From Candidatus Saccharibacteria bacterium oral taxon 488 (GTDB lineage Bacteria; Patescibacteriota; Saccharimonadia; Saccharimonadales; Saccharimonadaceae): a DNA stretch of 32,000 bases. Shown one piece after another: positions 24,217-30,862 of this stretch (the stretch's first letter is position 1; each line of letters opens with the position of its first letter). The notes below the pieces were generated by a model that was given only the letters and a program-made list of their open reading frames with translations, searched no databases and was not told the origin of the DNA. The stretch spans positions 1-32,000 of the forward strand of contig CP047921.1 of assembly GCA_010202845.1 (NCBI GenBank), in the 5' to 3' direction. Made by a program: the position numbers and the translations under genes.

Positions 24217-25084
24217 GTGCGGGCTTTCGGTGGGGCGTTATTATCATGCAAGATGGCTTCGGCGGTTGTCTTGGCGATTTGGTGGTGGACATGGGTGGTC
24301 GGATGGCCCACGTCGTCACCTCCAGTTACCACACCAAGACCAAACGTGGCGCAAGCATCGACGTTCTTTGGCGGCTCGACCAAGGTGATCCGCGGTTCGT
24401 GCATGCCAGCCACAACGTCGCGGATAGCTTGATTGACCGTCTCGATAAAGCTGGCGACAAAATGTCGGTATCGTTATTGATAATCGTTGGACAGATGTCG
24501 CGTGGCTGAATGGGTGTGGTATAGAGGTTGATGTATAGCTGGGCGTTGGGGGCATGTTCAAGGATAGAGCGGTAGGCTTGCTCGAGCGACTGACGATATT
24601 CGTCTGAGTACAGTCGGCGAAAGACGTCGATATACATCTCGCTGCGCGTCCCGCATCGTTCGTGCAAACAGGCGTCGAACACTACGTTGAGGTCAGCCAT
24701 GTTGGCGCCAAGTGTCAGTGTGACGATATCGGTTTCGGGGCCAAGGGCATTGATCTGTGGTGGCTGGTCGTCAAACTGCTGGCCGGAGATATGCTCTGGC
24801 CCGGCGCCGCGACAGGCTACGAGGGTAATGTTACCCGGGGGAATGCCAGACGCTTCGAGTTGCCGCGCATAAGCTTCTGGTGAGCGCCGGCACTCCTTTG
24901 TTGTGTCGTCGTAATTTCCCAGCCCTGCCCCACTGGCGACTGAATCGCCCATGCCGACGACGTAGGTGTGCTTCGCCTGCTCGGGCGAGATGCTCGGGCG
25001 GCTGGACGCTGATAGCGCTAATGAAGCGAGGGCCGCTATAGTAGCGACCCCCCGTTTGGCTAATGTTTCTAATCTTTCTTTCAT
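24213..25084 (-). pseudogene. Secreted SGNH/GDSL hydrolase interrupted by a 1-nt frameshift at an A4/T4 run (~24459-24462)
   Basis: Frame 1 runs from the start at 25084 (MKERLETLAKRGVATIAALASLALSAS) through block I VVGMGDSVASGAG and terminates at 24326 after a nonsense-looking tail. Frame 2 (open from ~24473 to 24213) encodes ...FVASFIETVNQAIRDVV...GGDDVGHPTTHVHHQIA. That is the SGNH block V DxxH motif. Frame 2 ends in an ATGA overlap with the rlmH start (24213-24216). The ORF-track N-terminal extension to 25282 runs across two tRNA genes and is false. Confidence 0.75.
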
Positions 25085-25095
25085 GATGTCGTGTC

Positions 25096-25185
25096 TGGCG
25101 GAAGGGGAGGGATTCGAACCCTCGGTACGTGTTAGCGCACGCCGGTTTTCAAGACCGGTACCTTCAACCACTCGGTCACCCTTCC
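25096..25185 (-). tRNA. tRNA-Ser (TGA)
   Basis: Reverse complement is GGAAGGGTGACCGAGTGGTTGAAGGTACCGGTCTTGAAAACCGG...GAGGGTTCGAATCCCTCCCCTTCCGCCA. It has a long variable arm, anticodon loop CTTGAAA and an encoded CCA. Confidence 0.9.
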
Positions 25186-25208
25186 AATTAATCGTAGCGA
25201 CTGGATTC

Positions 25209-25296
25209 TGGCGGAGAGAGAGGGATTCGAACCCTCGATGGGTTGCCCCATACCGCTTTTCGAGAGCGGCCAGTTCAACCACTCCTGCACCTCTCC
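25209..25296 (-). tRNA. tRNA-Ser (CGA)
   Basis: Reverse complement is GGAGAGGTGCAGGAGTGGTTGAACTGGCCGCTCTCGAAAAGCGG...GAGGGTTCGAATCCCTCTCTCTCCGCCA. It has a long variable arm, anticodon loop CTCGAAA and an encoded CCA. Confidence 0.9.
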
Positions 25297-25305
25297 AAAT
25301 AAAAA

Positions 25306-25382
25306 TGGTACACCCGGCACGATTCGAACGTACGACCTTTGGCTCCGCAAGCCAACGCTCTATCCAGCTGAGCTACGGGTGC
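25306..25382 (-). tRNA. tRNA-Arg (GCG)
   Basis: Reverse complement is GCACCCGTAGCTCAGCTGGATAGAGCGTTGGCTTGCGGAGCCAAAGGTCGTACGTTCGAATCGTGCCGGGTGTACCA. Anticodon stem is TTGGC/GCCAA and the loop is TTGCGGA, so positions 34-36 read GCG. CCA is encoded. Confidence 0.85.
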
Positions 25383-25459
25383 ATACAGCCTTTCGGAAAT
25401 CCGATTGGCTATAACAAAAATATAAAGAACTTTCAATGCCAGTGGCAATGAACTTTTGT

Positions 25460-25488
25460 ATTCTAGCACACCTGTTAGCTCGGGGCAA
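25460..25488 (-). promoter_or_regulatory. Candidate promoter for the tRNA-Arg/Ser/Ser (and SGNH-rlmH) transcription unit
   Basis: On the minus strand: TTGCCC (25488-25483), a 17-nt spacer, then TGcTAGAAT (extended -10; hexamer 25465-25460). Confidence 0.4.
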
Positions 25489-25489
25489 G

Positions 25490-26020
25490 CTATAGCCTGA
25501 TGATCCGAATGAGCTTCTCCAGTGCATCTGGCGCGATTTCTTGCATCGGCAGCCGCGCCCCCAGCATGTCGACAATGGCCTCGCCTTCGGCCTCAGAAAA
25601 ATAGATGGTCAGTGCTGGCGAGAACCGCTTGACCGGTAGTAAAATCGCCGAGTGTTGATCACCGTCTTGGCCCAGCCCAAAGGCCCGAAACTCACTAAAA
25701 TCATACAAACGGTCGGCGACGTAAACGCCCTTGGGGCTGATGGCGTAATTGACCATCACCGATGGCTTGGATCGAAGTAGTACGAGCGCCACCGCCATAA
25801 TCGGCAGCAAAATCGCGAACGTCCAGCTATTAAAAACAAAGATCGCCAGCGCCATCAAGGCAAGCACCACGAAACTAACAGCAACATACCAGCCGGTCGT
25901 ACGGTGAGCCTGCACGCCCTCGGGAGCCTGCCAGGCGATGGGCTGCGATAAGTCAATCATCGGCTGGGCCGCGTCTTGCTGGGTGTTTTCGGTGTCGGTT
26001 GCGTGTGGCTGCTCTTCCAT
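25490..26020 (-). CDS. Hypothetical two-TM membrane protein
   Basis: Longest ORF is 197 aa from 26083. The ATG at 26020 (MEEQPHATD...) is preferred because it avoids overlap with the upstream pilin gene and is preceded by TGgTATACT-N6. Hydrophobic hairpin is GWYVAVSFVVLALMALAIFVF...FAILLPIMAVALVLL, followed by a ~100-aa soluble domain. Confidence 0.65.
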   Translation of the reverse strand: MEEQPHATDTENTQQDAAQPMIDLSQPIAWQAPEGVQAHRTTGWYVAVSFVVLALMALAIFVFNSWTFAILLPIMAVALVLLRSKPSVMVNYAISPKGVYVADRLYDFSEFRAFGLGQDGDQHSAILLPVKRFSPALTIYFSEAEGEAIVDMLGARLPMQEIAPDALEKLIRIIRL

Positions 26021-26051
26021 ATGTCTAGTATACCATGAGCGGTATGATCTG

Positions 26052-26459
26052 CTATACGTCGGTAGAGTTACCACCGAGACCAATTACGGTATTGAGGACA
26101 AATTGAATGATGGCGTAAGCAAATAGGGCGATGAGCAGACCAATGACCGCATAGAGAATGGTGTTCTTTGCCGAGGTGACCGCGTCTTTGTTACCACTAG
26201 AAACAACGTAGCGAAAGCCGCCAAAGATCAACATTACCACAGCGAGGATACCGATGAAATAGAGCATGATGTTGATAATTTTTTTCACCAACGAGCTGTC
26301 ACCGTTAGTTAAGTTGGTTGGCACGCCGTCGCCACGCGCGTCATTGATGCCACGAGTAACACCGCCCTCGCCGAGTGCGAACGCTGGAGTGCTCAAAACT
26401 ACCGTGCCGACACCGATGGTCAACATGATACTAACGATACTTGCGAAAAACCTCTTCAT
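26052..26459 (-). CDS. T4SS pilin-like protein, paralog 7 (unlinked copy)
   Basis: Start is taken at Met27 of the 161-aa ORF (MKRFFASIVSIMLTIGVGTVVLSTPAFA/LG), with GAGGA upstream. Core is IFGGFRYVVSSGNKDAVTSAKNTILYAVIGLLIALFAYAIIQFV, closest in pattern to paralogs 4-6. No Cys. Confidence 0.8.
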   Translation of the reverse strand: MKRFFASIVSIMLTIGVGTVVLSTPAFALGEGGVTRGINDARGDGVPTNLTNGDSSLVKKIINIMLYFIGILAVVMLIFGGFRYVVSSGNKDAVTSAKNTILYAVIGLLIALFAYAIIQFVLNTVIGLGGNSTDV

Positions 26460-26567
26460 GCGCGTTATTATCCTCTTTCTTGGGTTTATTGTCAAGTTTT
26501 GCGGCCCGCCTGCTAGCCACAGGGCTAGCCAGGCCACTACTTCTATGATACACTATTTTTGGCTCAT

Positions 26568-26660
26568 GGAGGAGTACCCAAGTGGCTGAAGGGGACGGTT
26601 TGCTAAATCGTTAGTACGGAGAGATCTGTAGCGGGAGTTCGAATCTCCCCTCCTCCGCCA
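26568..26660 (+). tRNA. tRNA-Ser (GCT)
   Basis: GGAGGAGTACCCAAGTGGCTGAAGGGGACGGTTTGCTAAATCGTTAG...GCGGGAGTTCGAATCTCCCCTCCTCCGCCA. It has a long variable arm, anticodon loop TTGCTAA and an encoded CCA. Confidence 0.9.
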
Positions 26661-26676
26661 GAGTTATGCCGCTCTC

Positions 26677-26707
26677 GTCTCGGTTTATCCGGGACTTATT
26701 TTATTTT
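26677..26707 (+). terminator. Rho-independent terminator after tRNA-Ser(GCT)
   Basis: GTCTCGG-tttat-CCGGGAC forms a 7-bp stem with one G-U pair. It is followed by TTATTTTATTTT. Confidence 0.55.
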
Positions 26708-26776
26708 GTCAGTATGCGGAATGGGTGTCGATCGGGAATTCTGGACAGACGGCACCATCTAAATCAGGAAATATTA

Positions 26777-26805
26777 TTGACAAATTAAAAACCTTATGCT
26801 ATTAT
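26777..26805 (+). promoter_or_regulatory. Near-consensus sigma70-type promoter
   Basis: TTGACA (26777-26782), a 17-nt spacer, then TGcTATTAT (extended -10; hexamer 26800-26805). It lies in an AT-rich intergenic region upstream of the His-rich ORF. Confidence 0.6.
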
Positions 26806-26852
26806 CCTAACATTGCTATGGTTAGGTCCATAGAGATAAACATAAAAATAAT

Positions 26853-27206
26853 ATGAAATATTTATCACACATTCTCACTACTGCCACCATGGCACTCGGC
26901 CTATCGACCAGCCTCGGCGTGTTTTTGCATGACACGAATGTTGACAAAGCAGTTATTTCTGCGTGGCGGGTTATGAAAGATGCATATCAGGTCGATGACG
27001 ACCACCACGCTAAGCCGCATTCCTCACCGCATACTCACTCTGACCATCATGACTTTTCGGGGGCGCTAAAAGACGGGCAAACCCACCCGCGGACGACGCC
27101 GCGCAGTGCTGATCGTAAGCACCTACACACCAAGCTTGTCAGCCGCGGTGGCGATGGTGACATTGACGGGCATCGACTGATGGTCGATCCGATTAGCGTG
27201 AGCTGA
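26853..27206 (+). CDS. Hypothetical small His-rich protein with N-terminal hydrophobic segment
   Basis: 117 aa. N-terminus is MKYLSHILTTATMALGLSTSLGVFL and the His-rich tract is DDDHHAKPHSSPHTHSDHHDF. It has a strong upstream promoter but no clear SD, and its 3' end overlaps the convergent valS by 14 nt. Confidence 0.45.
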   Translation: MKYLSHILTTATMALGLSTSLGVFLHDTNVDKAVISAWRVMKDAYQVDDDHHAKPHSSPHTHSDHHDFSGALKDGQTHPRTTPRSADRKHLHTKLVSRGGDGDIDGHRLMVDPISVS

Positions 27207-29748
27207 TGACTTCGAGCTCACTGATAAAGCGCTGGATGAGCTTTTCCTGCTCGGCTAGCTGCTGGCGAGTTTCCTCAACGAGATGGGCTGGTGCCTTTTC
27301 GATGTAGGTTGGGTTATCCAGTCGTGCTTGGAGGTTAGCCAGGGTTCGCCGCGCCTCGCTTAGCCGTACTTCCAGATCGGTCTGGTGCTGATAGAGCGTC
27401 TTCTCGTCAATATCCAGCCACGCTTCCCTGTTTGCTGCCGCTAACCTAAGGCCCCGTGGCTGGTCGGTGTGTGCAATTGACTCCAGGCGCATGAGGTGTT
27501 TGATGGTGTCTTGATTATCGGCGATGAGGCTGTCATTACCGTATAACAAGCGGTATTTCTTATTGCCCGGCAGTTCAGCGATCACCCAGCGGCCTTCGGC
27601 GACCAGCGTCTTTAGCTGCTCAAACTGCTCAGCGGCGATGGGGTCGAACTTCTCTGGGGTTGGCCAGTGGTCACGCATCAAAATGCCATCGGTGTAATTA
27701 AGCGTCTGCCAAATCGTCTCGGTGACGAATGGCGCGAATGGATGAGCGATTTTCAGGCTGGTCGCTAGCGCCCATGACAGCAATGGGCGGTTGATAGCGG
27801 TTTTTGACGATTCGATGTACCAATCAGCTAAGTCGTCCCAAATAGCGTGATAGACTGTGTCTGCAGCTTCAGAAAAGCGGTATTGCTCCAGGCGGACGGC
27901 AACGTTATTAGCGGCGTCGTTCAGCTGGCGGATAATCCAGTGGTCGGCCGGTGTCTGCGGCTCTAGGTCAACGATTTGGTGTTCGTCGCCGATTTGCGCC
28001 TCGACGAAGCGTGCGATATTCCACAGCTTATTACAGAAATTACGGGCAGCGATGACCGCGCCCTTGTTAAAGGCTTGATGCTGGGCCGGCGCCCGGCCAG
28101 CGATTATACCCATGCGGGTGGCGTCCGAGCCAAATTCTGAAACTAGCTCCATTGGGTTGATGACATTACCTTTGGATTTGGACATTTTTTGATTATGTTC
28201 GTCGTTGACCATACCGTGCAGATAGACGTCCTTGAACGGTAGTTTGCCAGTGCGGTACAGGCTGAGCATAATCATGCGCGCTACCCATGCCCGCATAATG
28301 TCCATGCCAGTTTCCATCAGGCTGGTTGGAAAATATTTGGCTAGTTCCCCGCCGTTTAGATAATCGGTAACAATGTATGGCCACTGCCCAGACGAGAACC
28401 AGGTGTCAAAGGTGTCTTCTTCTCTGATATATGTTGTGCCATTTACAACTATCTTTCGTTCGTCAGTGCGGATGTTGAATATCCAATCGCGCGGGTCGCT
28501 TTCATTGACAAATGCTGGAATCGGGATACCCCATGGGATTTGCCGGGAGATATTCCAGTCTTTCAGTTGTTTAAGATAAGCGATGAGTTCTTTGCGCTTA
28601 GCGGCTGGATAAAAGGTAATCTCTTCCCTCTCTAAGGCTTCGATGGCTGGCTGAGCCAACGGCTGCATTTTAATAAACCACTGCTCCTTAACCATCGGCT
28701 CAATCACGCTGCCGCATTTATAACAATGTCCGACGGCATGTTCAATGTCTGTTTCGCCGCGGCGCAACTCCAAAGATTCCAGAGCTGCTAAGACACGAGT
28801 GCGGGCTTCTGCTGGCGTCAGGCCTAAGAATTGCGGCGGTACGTTGACCATGGTGCCCTCTTGGCTGATGATTTGTTTGAGCGGCAGATGGTGGCGCTGG
28901 GCCATCTCGAAGTCGTTCGGGTCGTGTGCCGGTGTAATTTTCACTGCGCCAGTGCCATAGTCCATATCGACGTACTCGTCGGCGATAATCGGGATTTCCT
29001 CGTCGGTGATTGGCAATAAAATTCGTGTGCCGATGAGGTGTTTGTAGCGCTCATCGTCCGGGTGGACGGCTACTGCCACGTCGCCCAGCATGGTCTCTGG
29101 CCGCGTGGTGGCGACTACGATTTCGCCGATTTTATCCAGCGTCGGGTAAGCGATTTGCCACAACTTCCCTTTTTCATTTTTATGTTCAACCTCAATGTCG
29201 GCGAAGCTGGTTTGGTGTTTGGTGCAATAATTAACGATCCGCTCGCCGCGGTAAACTAGCCCGTCATCCCACATCTTTTTGAATGTCTCGTACACCGTAG
29301 CGATGACTTTATCGTCCAGCGTAAAGGTTAAATGCTGCCAAGAAGCGCTGACGCCCAGAGCGCGCAGCTGCAACTCCATGTTGCCGCGTTTTTCTTCCAC
29401 AAACTTCCAAACCTGGTCGTATAGTTGTTCACGTGAAAAGTCAAAGCGGCTTTTCCCCTGTTTGGCTAGCTCTTTTTCATAAACTACCCATGTCTCAAAG
29501 CCAGCATGATCTGCTCCAGGAATAAATACCGCGTCGTCGCCCTTCATGCGGTGATAGCGGATCATAATATCCTTCAAATTCATGTCTAGGGCATGGCCAA
29601 TGTGCAAGTTACCATTAGCGTTGGGCGGCGGCATGACGATGGAGTACGGTTTGCCGGTGCCGGTCGGCTCCAATGCACCGCTGGTTTCCCACATGGCGTA
29701 AATATTTGGTTCGTAATCGTTTGGGGTGTATTGTTTGGCTAGTTGCAT
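27193..29748 (-). CDS. valS: Valine--tRNA ligase
   Basis: 851 aa. HIGH motif is PPPNANGNLHIGHAL and KMSKS motif is NQKMSKSKGN. It has a CP1 editing-domain length and a C-terminal coiled coil. SD is AGGAA, 8 nt upstream. Confidence 0.96.
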   Translation of the reverse strand: MQLAKQYTPNDYEPNIYAMWETSGALEPTGTGKPYSIVMPPPNANGNLHIGHALDMNLKDIMIRYHRMKGDDAVFIPGADHAGFETWVVYEKELAKQGKSRFDFSREQLYDQVWKFVEEKRGNMELQLRALGVSASWQHLTFTLDDKVIATVYETFKKMWDDGLVYRGERIVNYCTKHQTSFADIEVEHKNEKGKLWQIAYPTLDKIGEIVVATTRPETMLGDVAVAVHPDDERYKHLIGTRILLPITDEEIPIIADEYVDMDYGTGAVKITPAHDPNDFEMAQRHHLPLKQIISQEGTMVNVPPQFLGLTPAEARTRVLAALESLELRRGETDIEHAVGHCYKCGSVIEPMVKEQWFIKMQPLAQPAIEALEREEITFYPAAKRKELIAYLKQLKDWNISRQIPWGIPIPAFVNESDPRDWIFNIRTDERKIVVNGTTYIREEDTFDTWFSSGQWPYIVTDYLNGGELAKYFPTSLMETGMDIMRAWVARMIMLSLYRTGKLPFKDVYLHGMVNDEHNQKMSKSKGNVINPMELVSEFGSDATRMGIIAGRAPAQHQAFNKGAVIAARNFCNKLWNIARFVEAQIGDEHQIVDLEPQTPADHWIIRQLNDAANNVAVRLEQYRFSEAADTVYHAIWDDLADWYIESSKTAINRPLLSWALATSLKIAHPFAPFVTETIWQTLNYTDGILMRDHWPTPEKFDPIAAEQFEQLKTLVAEGRWVIAELPGNKKYRLLYGNDSLIADNQDTIKHLMRLESIAHTDQPRGLRLAAANREAWLDIDEKTLYQHQTDLEVRLSEARRTLANLQARLDNPTYIEKAPAHLVEETRQQLAEQEKLIQRFISELEVISSR

Positions 29749-29760
29749 GAATAATTCCTA

Positions 29761-29812
29761 CTTTTCACGTGAAAAGCGAGCATCGCTACCGTCAAGATTT
29801 TTCACGTGAAAA
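29761..29812 (-). promoter_or_regulatory. Two copies of a TTTTCACGTGAAAA palindrome in the valS leader (candidate operator or RNA hairpins)
   Basis: A perfect 16-nt palindrome CTTTTCACGTGAAAAG lies at 29761-29776, 13 nt from the valS ATG. A perfect 14-nt palindrome TTTTCACGTGAAAA lies at 29799-29812. Centres are 37 nt apart. A partial third copy, TTCACGTGAAAAG, lies inside valS at 29428-29440. Confidence 0.5.
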
Positions 29813-29863
29813 CTCAGACAATAGGCGTAAGATATCTCTCCACGCGGTTATATTACCAAGCCA

Positions 29864-29872
29864 ATTATACCA
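29864..29872 (-). promoter_or_regulatory. Extended -10 promoter element (TGgTATAAT) upstream of valS
   Basis: The minus strand reads TGGTATAAT, with hexamer 29869-29864. This predicts a ~108-nt leader containing both palindromes. Confidence 0.5.
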
Positions 29873-29920
29873 CAGAAAAAGGGGCGGCAAAACCGTAGAT
29901 AATGCCTGGTTAGGGGCGTT

Positions 29921-30844
29921 TTAACGCAGCGTTTGGTAGGCGCGGTACAGCCAGTAGCGGCTGCGCTGTAATGGCAAATCCCAAGCGCCGGCAAAGGCAA
30001 CGTCGTGTCCGCCAAATGAGCGTTTGAACTTAGTGAAGCCAGTCCACGGATGGTTTTTGTCGGCGCCGTCGGGGGCAATGCCGTAGAGGTCAGCGGTGGT
30101 TAATCCGCGCTGCTGAGCGTTAATAATTGCCTCGGCCAGCAGGGCAGTGCCAGCGTTAAGTTTGCGGTGAGCTGGGTCTGATGAGGCGCCAGCGTGGGCG
30201 TAATATAGCGTGTCGCTGCTGTGGTAAAACAGGGCAGCGGCGATGGGCTGATCATCAAGCGCGGCGTAATACAGCGTGGCCGCGCCGAGCGGGAAGAGAG
30301 TGGCGGCTTGCTGGCGAAAATAACTATCAGGATGTGGCGTAATGCCGCGCTGCCGGGCGACCTGGTGGACAAATTTCAGTAAGATATCAATGTCGTGCGG
30401 GTCAGTCGAGCGGTGGACGGCAACGCCTTTTTTATGATAATTGCGGTACACATTACGAACTGGCTGCGCCATATGGGCGATCAGCTGGTCTTGCGGCTGA
30501 GTCAAGTCAATGACGTGCGAGTGCTCGGGCTGGAGCTTTTGGTAGGTGACTTTTTTCCAGCCGTGAGTTTGCAGATAGGCGGTAAACGCGCGGTTGGTTG
30601 GCTCAGCGCGCAGGAAAGTAACGCAGTGTTTTTTACCAAGCTGAGCTAGGGAATCAAGAGATGCCGCTAGCGAATGTTCGTCATCGGCAGTCGGGCCATA
30701 CGGGCAGTACAGGCGGGAGTTGCCGGTGCTGCGCTCCAGGATAGCTAGATATTCCCAGCCCGGGCCGCTATTGCGAAAGGTGGTGCGCCCGAGCGATTCT
30801 TGAAAGGTTTGCCAGGCGGTTGATTGTAAAAAATGTTGGTTCAT
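29921..30844 (-). CDS. FemAB-family peptidoglycan bridge-formation (aminoacyl-tRNA-dependent) transferase-like protein
   Basis: 307 aa with a GAGGA SD 8 nt upstream. N-terminus is HFLQSTAWQTFQESLGR and the C-terminal motif is GFTKFKRSFGGHDVAFAGAWDLP. Both fit my recollection of FemX/FemAB-family (GNAT-fold) proteins. Confidence 0.65.
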   Translation of the reverse strand: MNQHFLQSTAWQTFQESLGRTTFRNSGPGWEYLAILERSTGNSRLYCPYGPTADDEHSLAASLDSLAQLGKKHCVTFLRAEPTNRAFTAYLQTHGWKKVTYQKLQPEHSHVIDLTQPQDQLIAHMAQPVRNVYRNYHKKGVAVHRSTDPHDIDILLKFVHQVARQRGITPHPDSYFRQQAATLFPLGAATLYYAALDDQPIAAALFYHSSDTLYYAHAGASSDPAHRKLNAGTALLAEAIINAQQRGLTTADLYGIAPDGADKNHPWTGFTKFKRSFGGHDVAFAGAWDLPLQRSRYWLYRAYQTLR

Positions 30845-30862
30845 GTTGTAATCCTCACAACG

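Noticed and set aside
25085-25282. N-terminal 66 codons of the 318-aa ORF 24326..25282
   Set aside because: This stretch is the antisense reading of tRNA-Ser(TGA) and tRNA-Ser(CGA). Its peptide reads like translated tRNA (GFESLSLRQ..., TEGSNPSPSA). The real start is Met67 at 25084, followed by a signal peptide.
29749-29863. T-box riboswitch in the valS leader
   Set aside because: The leader is only ~108 nt. It lacks the conserved T-box sequence (AANNNGGGTGGTACCGCG-like) as well as a specifier-loop and terminator/antiterminator architecture.
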